A stretch of 63,041 nucleotides of DNA, the filler included, from Asterionella formosa (lineage: Eukaryota), in NCBI GenBank assembly GCA_002256025.1. It is 9 parts of 9 records of this genome, joined end to end, with 100 filler letters (N's around TTAATTAATTAA, not from the genome) between each part and the next. Parts side by side here need not be neighbours in the genome. Positions count along the whole stretch, not along the records: positions 1 to 18,449 come from NKIB01004024.1; positions 18,550 to 36,996 come from NKIB01004029.1; 7 more parts are not named here. The stretch is one strand, 5' to 3'. Numbering within the stretch: the first letter of the stretch is position 1; each line of letters opens with the position of its first letter. The notes beneath the pieces are model-generated. The model made no database searches, was not told the DNA's origin, and was given only the letters and a program-made list of their open reading frames with translations. Position numbers and translations under genes: made by a program. This document shows, piece after piece, positions 11,150 to 21,419 of the stretch.

Positions 11150-13790
11150 GTTCATATTTCTATGGAATCTTGATAAGGTCATTTTGCAGTTTAATATAGA
11201 CATATATATAGACATTCAACAATACCTGCTTGTTCTTTTGGAAACTAGATATTTCGCATTGCTAGAGGAAAAACTAATTCCCAAAAAAGGCCATTGTACA
11301 TTTAGAAACACTTTTGTGCAAGGATGGTAATGGACCCCTTCTTCGATTGCATTTGTTTCTTGCTGGAGCGTGGATGTGTGCTGTTTAAGAAGGGGTAGTC
11401 TTTGTGGGGAATGTTGCCCCTCATTGAGTCCACGCCATTGGTCGAATTGTAAGATGCTGTAGCATTTCCAGTGCGAGATTGAGTATAAGATGCAATTGAT
11501 AAGGTAGGAAACTTGTTATCTAAATCTGCAAAAATCTCATCCAGTCTTGCTTCGCCGTCATTTGCATAAATAATGCAAGACTGAAGGTATTTGGTATTGT
11601 TGTCCTGTGCATTTGCCGTCCCTTTGAATAGATCGTTTTCTTCAAATTGGAGAATGTCTCCTGTGCCACCTTTAACAGATGTTATCTTATCTTATACATT
11701 TGATACTTTTTCTTGTGGTGCTAGACAGAATGGTCATATCTTGTTTGGTACCATGTGGCACCACTGCATCGAACATGTTGTTGCCTGTATCATCTAGTAT
11801 GTTTCTCAAGATATCTCCCACTGTGATATTAAATTCATTGTTATGAATTGTATCTTTGTAAGTATTCATCTCTTCCAATCCTCGCAGATTGCGAGGCATC
11901 ACTGTAAGCAGGTTCTTATCAAAAGATGATTGACGCCAGATGAATTTGTCGTCAGACTCTGCTGTACTTTTCATAGATAAGGGTATGAATCTCAAGAGCG
12001 GCCTTGTCCAATCCTTATTTGCTGTATCCGGACCCAAAAAGTTTGGTCAGCACATCACGGGCCTCAGTATAGTCCTCTTTTTTAGTACGGATAGTTGTAG
12101 CATAAACCGATGGCGACTTTTCCGACGATCCATGTATTTTTGACCAACTTAGCTGAAGAGGAAGTTCCTTATTCTTGGTATGAATGCGCATTTTGTTACT
12201 TATATGTTTTGCTAACTCGATTCGAGTTTCCGTTGCCATTGTGCCATACAGCACTCCCACCATGACCACCGGTGATGTCCCAAAGTTCGCAAGAGATAAA
12301 GATAAGACAGTGTTTTTTGTTAAAGCCTTTTGAATTTTTTCATTACCAAGAATATCCATGGGCTGAGGGATGCTCAAGTGAGGTAATCCTTAGTCAGTGA
12401 ATCTTTATGCACATACCGTCTGATTACTCTGGTTTCAATTGAATCTGGTATATTTCCCTGCTTTCGTGTGATGGGATCAAGTAGTTTGTTTGTTTCTGGT
12501 GCAATAATTTGGGCCGCTGGTGCAGCTTTGAGAATAGCCTTGAAAATAGCCTGGATAATTGCCATGATGGATTCGTCATTTGCTGTGTTATCTGTGCGAT
12601 TTATTTTTATTGCTATATATTTATTAGTCAGTATCCCCATGGATGGAGAATTCGTTCTTGCCGGTGTGATGGTGATAGCAATATGTTGACTGGGAGCTAC
12701 AGTCATGGAGTCCTCCTGTACCTCTCGAGTCAAAACATTCGAGTGAAAACCTTGACTGGCCTTGACTACTGTCTCAGTAGTTCTAACTTGATGCTGTTTG
12801 TTGGTGCCTGAATCAATTGCTATTGTCTCCGTTGGAGGGAATGCCATGTTTGTTGTCCTGGGAGTCGTGCCCAGGGGACTCTGCATATCGCTCATCTCGA
12901 CATCAGAGTTGTTATTTTGCAATGGATTTGCTGGCATCATTGGTGCCTATCTAGGGTCCTCGATCTGTCGATCTGGTGACAACATTGGGCGTTTTGTACC
13001 TGTTGCTGGTTTCTTCTGACATCGATGGGGAATGGATTTCGAGAGAAGAGATGATTTCGAGATTGCCAGCAGGTTTTTCCTTGTTGTTATGATGGATCCG
13101 GGAAGAAGTGACATGGTGTTCATAGCCGATGCGTTGTGGGGGGTTCTTGGTGGTTGAATACGATTTTGTGAGAACGCCTTCGACCGCCTGCGAGGAGAGA
13201 CTGTCTGCCAGTCGGCCTCATTATCAGACAAGAAATGACCGTCGATCAAGTCGTTGTTGTCATTTACGTATGTGTCGCCATTAGTCTGCCTTTGGTCTCT
13301 ATCCAGCCATTTATTGGCCTGTAAATAATGTGTCTAGGACTTTGGGGTGTTGTTTGGCGGGCGCTCTGATCAGGGGAGTGTCCTACATGGTGGTTGAAAT
13401 TGTCACGTTTGTTTTGTTGGGCTAACCCCGCCGATGCGAGGAGAAGAATGCATTGTGTGGGCTCTTAAGATTCATATGTGTTGCGATCTTGATATTGCCA
13501 TTGGCGCCGGTGGCCATTTCCATATGTTCATTAACTGAAGTCTTCATATTGTTCTAATCGTCATAGTTTTTGCCTATTGTAGTAAAGTTGTTGCCAAAGT
13601 TGTCGTTTGTCTCTGTTGTTGTTGACATATCTTTGTTGAGTTCAAAGGGTGGTTCCGCTGTGAGAAGAGAGTATTCGACTGCAAAATCTATAATCTTAGC
13701 GTTCTTTTTCTTCGTTTTTCGTTGTAGTGGTGAATCATCGGTCTCAGCATCCGATGCTTGCGGAGTTTGAGCAGCAGAAGCCTCTTATCG
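11150..13790 (-). mobile_element. Degenerate LINE 5' part (ORF1-like, possibly start of the APE endonuclease of ORF2)
   Basis: Chain of frameshifted minus-strand ORFs (12947-13249, 12374-12940, 12015-12377, 11687-12037) forms one low-complexity-then-globular protein resembling diatom LINE ORF1. It is followed by EEGSITILAQ (about 11340), like the start of an APE domain. Family assignment is inferred. Confidence 0.55.
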
Positions 13791-13820
13791 TGAGAAGAAG
13801 CCAAGAGGGGTCTTCCATTA

Positions 13821-14051
13821 CACTTTTTGCATAAAAGTGTCCGAAAATGCATAATGAGCAAATCAATATTAATGTCTATCAATGATAGAAAATTTTCGTA
13901 AGTAAGTTTTTTACAATGACTCTTTTTACTTAGTATATTGAAAATCGAAAAATAAAGCGGATGCATAATGTATCAGCATCGCAGAAATGATCATGAACTC
14001 CCCTGACTGATGATGGTTTATGCATTTTTGGACACTTTTATGCAAAAATTG
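13821..14051. mobile_element. 231-bp Tc1/mariner-type MITE with 34-bp TIRs and TA target duplication
   Basis: Left TA|CACTTTTTGCATAAAAGTGTCCGAAAATGCATAA and right TTATGCATTTTTGGACACTTTTATGCAAAAATTG|TA differ at 2 of 34 positions. No ORF. Confidence 0.9.
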
Positions 14052-15305
14052 TATCATGGTGGGATGACCAGAGCGCTACATAGGTACGCCTGTAGACTTG
14101 TAGTACACTTTGGTATGTTGTAGTTTAGTATGCTATTCACTTTTCCACGAGTGCAGAACTATTTGTACTACTACCGGTAGATGATGTCACAGTGACCACC
14201 ACAAAAATTTGATCATCACAATCCCAATTTCCACTTTTCACCTGCCTCTCCAATGGGACACATTCCTACTCCCATTCAGATGAGCTCCCATATGTTAGGA
14301 GCTTGAGAATCACTGATAAAGAATGTTCTGTAGCATAGATAAACCTGTCTACTCTTGCCCTTTGTTTGATACTACTCATGTAGGAATACCATCACTTTCT
14401 TGACTTAGTACTAGTCTTGACCTCGTTTGGTTCCAAAGATTGTTTTGGAGACATCTCAATGAAACAGCTTATCAATCTTTTGTATCGAATTGTATGTTAT
14501 TACCAAAGAGTTCTTCTCAATAAGATATTCCCTTATTTGATTGACCAGCAACTTAAGACCATGAATGGCAGGCTCACAATGGCAGTCACAACTGATATAC
14601 TAGCTATGATTTATAAAATATCTTGTGAAAAGTGATTCCCTAAAGTATTCTACTTGTTCTTAAACAAACAATTCTAAACGCCTTTGGGGAATCACTTTTG
14701 GATGAGAAACGACAGAGATCTTGAGCAACATGGTGAGGCGATCTGTTAGTACATCATTTCAGCTGAAATGATATGAGCACACAAAATCTGGTGAGTAATT
14801 TTTTCTTTAAAATAAATTAGCTGTAAGTAAATATATTTCTGACGCAGGCCAAACGATTCCTCCTATCTAATTTTTGGGTAATTTTTATTTCTTCCAAAAC
14901 CTCTTTTCTCTATCAAAACTTAGATTTATTTAGACAGCAGCAGGACGAGCAAGTGATATCAATCTCTCCTGTCAAATGCTTACCTGTAGCCACTTGTATC
15001 TACCTACTTGCAGTGAATCTTCAATAGAAATCAATGCACAACTGAATCTATTGATTGCTCACAGCAGCCCTTCATCTTGTACTTGTATACCGGAAAAGCT
15101 CCTCTGATTTGAGATGAATTCTTCGAAGAAGAAGAAGAATCGCAATGAAGACAGTAGTGATAAAGAGTATGTGGTGAGTGAATTCTCATACTTTTTTACA
15201 TCTTCATCCAATGATCCTAGCAATGCCACTGTCATTATTGGTGATGCACAGAGAATGAGAGAAACCTTTCGCATGCATTTCAACGCTGTAGCTTTTGGTT
15301 TTTTC

Positions 15306-15770
15306 AATGAAAACGCGGGATCAGGCACAACTCCAGTCAATGCGGAAACCGGAGCAATGACATCAACAAAGAATGAAAAGGCGTGCACAGGTACAACTCC
15401 AGTCAATCAAGCAGACACCGGAACAACTGGAGCAACAAGGAATGAAAAGGCTTACACAGGTACAACTCCAGTCAATGCGGAAACCGGAACAGCAACAGCA
15501 ACAAAGAATGAAAAGGCGTGCACAGGTACAACTCCAGTTGATCATGCGGAAACCGGAACAACTGGAGCAACAAGGAATGAAAAGGCGGGCATAGGTACAA
15601 CTCCAGTCATGCGGAAACAGGAACAACTGGAGCAACAAGGAATGAAAAGGCGGGCACAGGTACAACTCCGGTCGATGCGGAAACCGGAACAACGGCTGCC
15701 ACAAGGAATGAAAAGGCAATGGTAGCAGGAAAAACTCCAAAAGCGGAAACCGGAACAACGACTGCAACAT
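15306..15770 (+). repeat. Coding minisatellite: about 7 copies of a 66/69-bp unit (NEKACTGTTPVNAETGxTxATx)
   Basis: AATGAAAA starts at 15306, 15372, 15441, 15507, 15576, 15641 and 15707. One 65-bp unit causes a frameshift. Confidence 0.93.
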
Positions 15771-16282
15771 GGGCTGCAAAGAGAATCGAAAATGCTAAAT
15801 CAAGAACAAAGAAAAAGACTGCAAGAATTATAGCGGGAACAAAGGAAAAGAACACACCAGGAACAGGAAAAGCAGGGTCATGTGACATAACTGATGAGAA
15901 ATACAATGAAATTGTGTATAAAACAACAGGAACAGGAAAAACTAGATCATGTGACATGACTGATGATAAATACAATGAAGTTGTGTATATTATTGAAAAC
16001 TAGGATTATCCAGAGATACAGCGAAAGCATCGAATTGGTTATTCACTTGTAAAAAAGTATACAGTGAGATCAAAGAAAGATGTGGAAGGCAATCTAATAA
16101 AAAGCCTCTATGTTTTCAAGAGAGACAGTGTGAAAGAAGGAGATAATGTGGGGAGATAGCTTCTTCAATGCAAGAATTCAACGCAAGGAAATATTTGATG
16201 CTATATAAGATGCTCACTACAGTCTTGGTGACTTGAAATCATCTGTTACATATAGAGAGAGGTTAATCGTCATGTTTACAAT

Positions 16283-17228
16283 GGCCACGCTCTGATAATA
16301 AAAAATTATTATATCATGTGTGTATTATAACACAAATTATTTTGGCGATTTGATACATAATAACGTCGTCACGCTCTGATAATCAAGATACTTTAGATTA
16401 GTCATCTGACATTTTATAGAAAATTAACTATAATTTATAACAGTTATATTTTCCTAGCGATGTATCCTCTTGCGTGTTATGTGGCCTCTTGTTTATTGTC
16501 CATATGAGTTCCATAATTTCACCAGTATCAGTCACTGACCAGCATGTCGGCTTACCTCTCCTCATCTACTGATGACAAGGATGATGCCATGAGTGAACTT
16601 AAAAAAGAGACAGAGACATAGAAATTTCAGCTTTTCTCAAGAAGCAAGCCTTTGATTGTTGAATCAGGCCAAAAGAACTTTCACAACCAGGTATTGCTCT
16701 CCAAGAGCGACTTTTCACTCCAAAACAAAGACAGTCAGAAGAACATGCATCGTTTGTTTGCCCATGCTATGGACTGAGCCCAACCCATTCCTGCTTTTCA
16801 ACGACAAGTTCTTATCGATCTCCTTAGGAATGGAGGTTAAATCAATCAAGTTTTCGATGAAATAAAAAATCAATTTCATCAAAGGCAAGAACGATTGACA
16901 GCACGCCCAACTTATTCCTGACTTTCAACGACAAGATTGTATCAATTCTTCCCATGGGGACGGAGGTGAATTCAATCAAGTCTTGATGACATTGAAAATC
17001 AATTTCAACAGCTGTGAGAGAAATTGGCAGCAAATCCAAATGTATTGCAGCTTGTAGATGGAGACAATCATGAGTTACTACGGAGAAATTCAGTGGACTG
17101 CGTTTTGTCTGGAAAATACCAGGTTTACCAAATTTGGTCAACACAAACACAAATTTTGGGGTTATGGGTACATCGATTTGTGTTATAATACACATGATAT
17201 AATAATTTTTGAATATCAGAGTGCACCC
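16283..17228. mobile_element. Non-autonomous PIF/Harbinger-type DNA transposon (946 bp) with about 55-bp TIRs and AAT target duplication
   Basis: Left AAT|GGCCACGCTCTGATAATAAAAAATTATTATATCATGTGTGTATTATAACACAAAT and right ATTTGTGTTATAATACACATGATATAATAATTTTTGAATATCAGAGTGCACCC|AAT. Removing it restores the host frame HVYNITIQHV. It contains an internal direct repeat with period about 125 bp (16780-17010). Confidence 0.85.
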
Positions 17229-17833
17229 AATATCACAATACAACATGTGAATGCATTAATCAGTTTGTGTCCTGTGTGTATTCATGCGCATCCTCAAATT
17301 CTGAAATCTAAGGGAGCCGGATGTCCTATACATTCTGGTGAATTTCGTGATCACATGCAAATTGACTTAATTGATTATCATGCCCATGAACGACGCAATG
17401 TTTATATGGTCAACAGGTAATGCGATGGATTATGGTTGTTGTGAAGGATCACGTCACTGGCTTATGCTAAGAGCTATTCCAAACAAAAATGCAAAGTATG
17501 TCTGCTTTGAATTAAACTCTCTCTTTGGATTGATTGGATATCAGCATATCGAAGCAAACAAAACAGCGTGATGTTCTTGGCAGATATAGGGATAAGGATA
17601 AAATTTGGTATCATGTCAACATGGGCTACTATAATTATTGTTTTGATGAAAACAGCCACATATACTGGTACTGTACCAGGTACCAAGTAGCGAGCGCGAA
17701 TCATTCCTGGAGCGATGACAGCTTGTCTAATGCATCAATCAGCCATACACAAAGGATGCTGTGAAGTACTACCTGGTACCGCAACAATTATCCAATTATT
17801 AATGGAGAACAAGTCGCCTTTGTTGACGAGACA

Positions 17834-18449
17834 ATGTCATTGATCCTTCCTCGTTCGCTTCTGGAGGAATCTTCCGTCTTACACCAACACCACCACCACC
17901 ACCACCACCAACAAGGCACGGTGGAAACCATTTCGATTGTTGTGCCAAACAAGAGCACAACAAAGAGGACAGCGATGGATGGCGACGACGGAAAGGATGA
18001 TGGAACGATGAGTGTCATTAGTTCCTTATCATTCGACGACGACTTTTATTGCGAGGAATCCGCCATGTGCCTCAAACGTACTGGTGCTATTTACGGAAGA
18101 ACCAAAGAAGTTGAAGTATTATTGGAAACGTTCCAACGAGTCAGAAACGGACCTTCGGAAGTGATTGCTATTTCAGGCGAAGCAGGCTCTGGCAAGAGCC
18201 AAGTCGTGGAGGCCATTCGTGACCCTGTGACTTTAGAATTTAATGGCTACTTCGTCGTGGGCAAGTTTGACCAGCTTAGGTTGGACGAGCCGTTTAGTGC
18301 GATTGTGAACGCTTTCCAAGACTTGACACAGTTCATCAGCCTGTCGGAACATGTCGAACAACGGCGAGAAGAAATTGGCGCTGCACTCGGGGCGGATGCT
18401 GCCTTGCTTTGCAATTTAATACCAGGTCTTTCCAAGTTAATTAACATTG
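17834..18449 (+). CDS. P-loop ATPase of the COG3899/AAA_16 (STAND-like) family, 5' part only (contig end)
   Basis: IYGRTKEVEVLLETFQRV, Walker A ISGEAGSGKS, and GYFVVGKFDQLRLDEPFSAIVNAF typical of this family. CpG-rich like the host genes. Open to the gap. Confidence 0.85.
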
Positions 18450-18549
18450 NNNNNNNNNNNNNNNNNNNNNNNNNNNNNNNNNNNNNNNNNNNNTTAATTA
18501 ATTAANNNNNNNNNNNNNNNNNNNNNNNNNNNNNNNNNNNNNNNNNNNN
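18450..18549. other. Artificial contig spacer N44-TTAATTAATTAA-N44 (also 36997-37096, 55540-55639, 56791-56890, 58042-58141, 59293-59392, 60543-60642, 61793-61892)
   Basis: Eight identical 100-bp spacers with a six-frame stop linker. The intervening contigs are length-sorted. Confidence 0.98.
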
Positions 18550-19565
18550 ATCGTCATTATCACTACATTCAATGTGATCCCACTTGGAATAATCGATTCC
18601 TTTCTTCGAACTCGACAACATGCGCGTGTAATAGGTGTTGCCTTGTTGAGAAATTGAGTACCCTGGTACCGACTTGAGAGGAATGAAATAATGCTAACAT
18701 CGTTCATGGAGTGAATACTTCGATTTTTTAGGCTAGGAACTAACTACCGGGATGTTAAACTGAGGACATCGTCTTCGAAAGTTTGTTTTGATTGGGAGTC
18801 AAACGAGTCAAATGATTCGAATGAGTCAACTTTGAAGTGTCAAGGTCTCATTGGCCACAAATTTTACATTGTTACTCTGCCTATAATGAGCCGGACAATA
18901 TAAGCTATTTAGGAAGACACCGATAGTTTGAAAATGAATGATCAATGTTTATAAACCTATGATCAGTAAGTGTGAGATAGACATGGGTCTATCAATGATT
19001 GTATGTTTCTAGAAATGCAAACAGCATTTGGAGAATAGTTCGTTTTTTTGTTCAAACCGAACAACCTAAACTAGTTTAATAAACTCAAATAAGAATATAG
19101 AAACGGAAAGTGAAATGAATGTCTCTATCTATAGTCTTCTTTGTCTAACGATACAGATCTATCAAGAAAGGAATACTTTAACATAACTATATACCGCAAT
19201 ATGCATAGTATAAAGTAAAACTAAAATCGAATATTCTATTTGATTCTTGTGTAGCCACACCGAAAACATTGGAGGATACACAGAAAGTGTCGCCACATAA
19301 GAAATTTGGTCGTTTGTGCTGTGTATTATTGTATTGGAAAAGGTGATGCACACAGTGAAATTTAATGCACAAGCACACAAAAAGCAGGTGCGTATGTGTC
19401 TGTATTTGTTTTACGCTAAGTTATAGCCTAACTATAGGTCAGATTCTTAGGAGCTATACTTTCTGTTATCCTGCTGCCTACGACCCACATGCATACGTGT
19501 TCATTCTTGGAGTACTACCAGGGGTACCAAGTACCGGTACTCGTACCAGGGCAGGAGTACCAGAG

Positions 19566-19653
19566 CAAGTTGCGGTCATTTTGCTTCAACTAACATTTTA
19601 ATCAAGGATAAAGATAGCTAAATCTTTAGTTTCAGCAAAATTACCGCAGCTTG
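19566..19653. mobile_element. 88-bp MITE family copy 1 (TIR CAAGTTGCGGTMATTTTGCT)
   Basis: CAAGTTGCGGTCATTTTGCT...AGCAAAATTACCGCAGCTTG. Same sequence family at 23593, 34202 and 34443. Confidence 0.9.
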
Positions 19654-20079
19654 CAAGGTACCAGTACCAGTACTCCGTAATCCATCAATGCCCAGGTTGC
19701 ATTTACATACGACATGGTATAAACGTTCCGGTTGGTATGATACCGGTAGACGGCCAGGTCGCAAAAAAGGTTCAACTGCGTCAGTGATGTCGTGTGTTCT
19801 TAGATTGTACATGTGTCGTATCTGGTACCAGGTACCCTGGTACCAGGTACAAAGGTAGCAGTGGTGAGGTCAGTCGGATGAACGATGACAACGGTACCAG
19901 GGTACCTGGTACTTACATACCAGGTACTGGTACCGGTAGTAATATGCTGTGGTACCAGGGTACCTAACATTGCGCCATTGTTTGTATCAGCATCGCTCAT
20001 GAAACACAAAATTTTCCAACAAAGCAACGCTCTATTGCTCCTCATCAGCCTTCCTCTACACATACTCCTACATCAGAAA

Positions 20080-20631
20080 ATGAGAACTTCAGTTATCGCT
20101 ATTGCCTCTTGCCTCTTTTGTGGTGTTGATGCTTTTGTTCAATCCATTCGTCCGACAAGGGCTTTCATCGCCGCAAAAGCAGAAACGATCACTAAACTTC
20201 GAATGGCCGACTTTTTTGAAATCTCGGTCGATATGCCTCCCAGTAATTCTGGCTTGCAAGCCAATATGAAGTTTAAATCCATCCTTACAGGTCCTTCTGA
20301 AGTTATACAAGTTCGCTATAAATTGCCATTTGGTCTAGATGTGGCTCCGAAAGACAATCTTGCGGTGTGCACCAAGGACGGTCCTGGCGGCGAAAAGGTT
20401 GGCGACATTTTGCGTTACACTTCCCAATGGACCATGGGCCTACCAGCAGGAGGAGGGATAGCTGCGACAGTTGCCTCCTTCTCGGGAGGAGGACTGGGCT
20501 GGAAATGTACATTGTTCGATGTTATGAAGGCTCCATCTTGGGAGATTGTTGTGGAAGCTCTGACTAGCAATGTTTCAAGTCGAACTGATGAGATTGTGAT
20601 GATTTTCGAGCGACCCTTGGTTGAAAGCTAA
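20080..20631 (+). CDS. Plastid-targeted uncharacterised protein (183 aa), possibly PDZ-like
   Basis: ATG at 20080 gives signal peptide MRTSVIAIASCLFCGVDA-FV (ASAFAP-type) followed by a basic transit peptide. Globular part contains KLPFGLDV...GGEKVGDILRYTS. Single exon. Confidence 0.85.
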   Translation: MRTSVIAIASCLFCGVDAFVQSIRPTRAFIAAKAETITKLRMADFFEISVDMPPSNSGLQANMKFKSILTGPSEVIQVRYKLPFGLDVAPKDNLAVCTKDGPGGEKVGDILRYTSQWTMGLPAGGGIAATVASFSGGGLGWKCTLFDVMKAPSWEIVVEALTSNVSSRTDEIVMIFERPLVES

Positions 20632-21419
20632 AATGGTGCCAGACCTCGCAGTATGCAACGAAAGCGCTGTAGTGATAGCATTTCAAGTGAGATGTTATTA
20701 TTAGAAACCCAAGAATGCATTGTCTGAGCCCCAGCAGGCAAACAAGGGGATGCTATCCTCCAATCTGTATTCCAAGGATTAGAAAACAAACTGTGGGAAT
20801 TTCAATGCAAAGCTGATCAAGGCGATGCAAAAAATTTCGAAAATAACTATAGTGAACAAATGAAGTTGATCAAATTGCACCTTTATAATTATTGTGAGCT
20901 CTATAGACTATCACTACACAGCAGACAGCCATTGTCCAATGATTCTGGAATCCAAAATGGTCATCATCAATGTAATTCAATGCAAAAACTGAACATACAC
21001 ATAATTGCAATGAATACAAGATCTGATTTGAAAAATCCATTCAATTGCAACTCTTCCTCTTGAAGGCAAATTTACCATTGCCCAGGTCCACAACATGAAG
21101 ATACATGATATACTTTGAAATAAGTTGGTGGTGTTGCAATGGATCAGAAAGTATCTGTTTAACCTAAATAAAAACACACTTGCCAAAAGAAATGAATTCA
21201 AATCAAATAATGAACTGATGCCTTTCAAAACATAGATTAACTGGAACCTGGAGAATACCGCCAACAATACAGGGAGTGCATGTGGCAACAAGAACTCAAT
21301 CTTCTCACACAAACAAAAAACATGTTTAATATAAGAATTACACAAGATAGCAAATTATAAATTGTTCATCCTCCTTCTGAACACATATCACTTTCTTGAC
21401 TCCCAACATCCACTTGTAT

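Larger units (their letters stand above)
14822..17545 (+). mobile_element. Degenerate Ginger-like (KRBA2/SCAND3-type integrase) DNA transposon, interrupted by a PIF/Harbinger-type insert
   Basis: H2C2-type zinc finger remnant IFDAI*DAHYSLGDL...HVYN|ITIQHVNALISLCPVC, split at 16283-17228. Integrase core start MQIDLIDY...MRWIMVVVKDHVTG..LRAIPNKNAKYVCFELNSLFGLIGY (17356-17540). No RT or LTR nearby. The TGT start at 14822 is tentative. Confidence 0.65.

Noticed and set aside
1..13790. LINE 3' part (1-1830, +) and LINE 5' part (11150-13790, -) as one element
   Set aside because: They are on opposite strands and not colinear. It would need an inversion for which I see no breakpoint evidence.
15306..15770. 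Regularly spaced repeats as a CRISPR array
   Set aside because: The units are contiguous, mostly codon-multiple coding repeats without unique spacers. The context is eukaryotic and there are no cas genes.
18494..18505. TTAATTAATTAA as a biological motif, and ORFs running through N-runs
   Set aside because: It is a synthetic six-frame stop linker repeated identically in all eight gaps.
19885..20079. N-terminal extension of the 248-aa ORF
   Set aside because: It translates the GGTACC palindrome tract. The ATG at 20080 gives a proper signal peptide.
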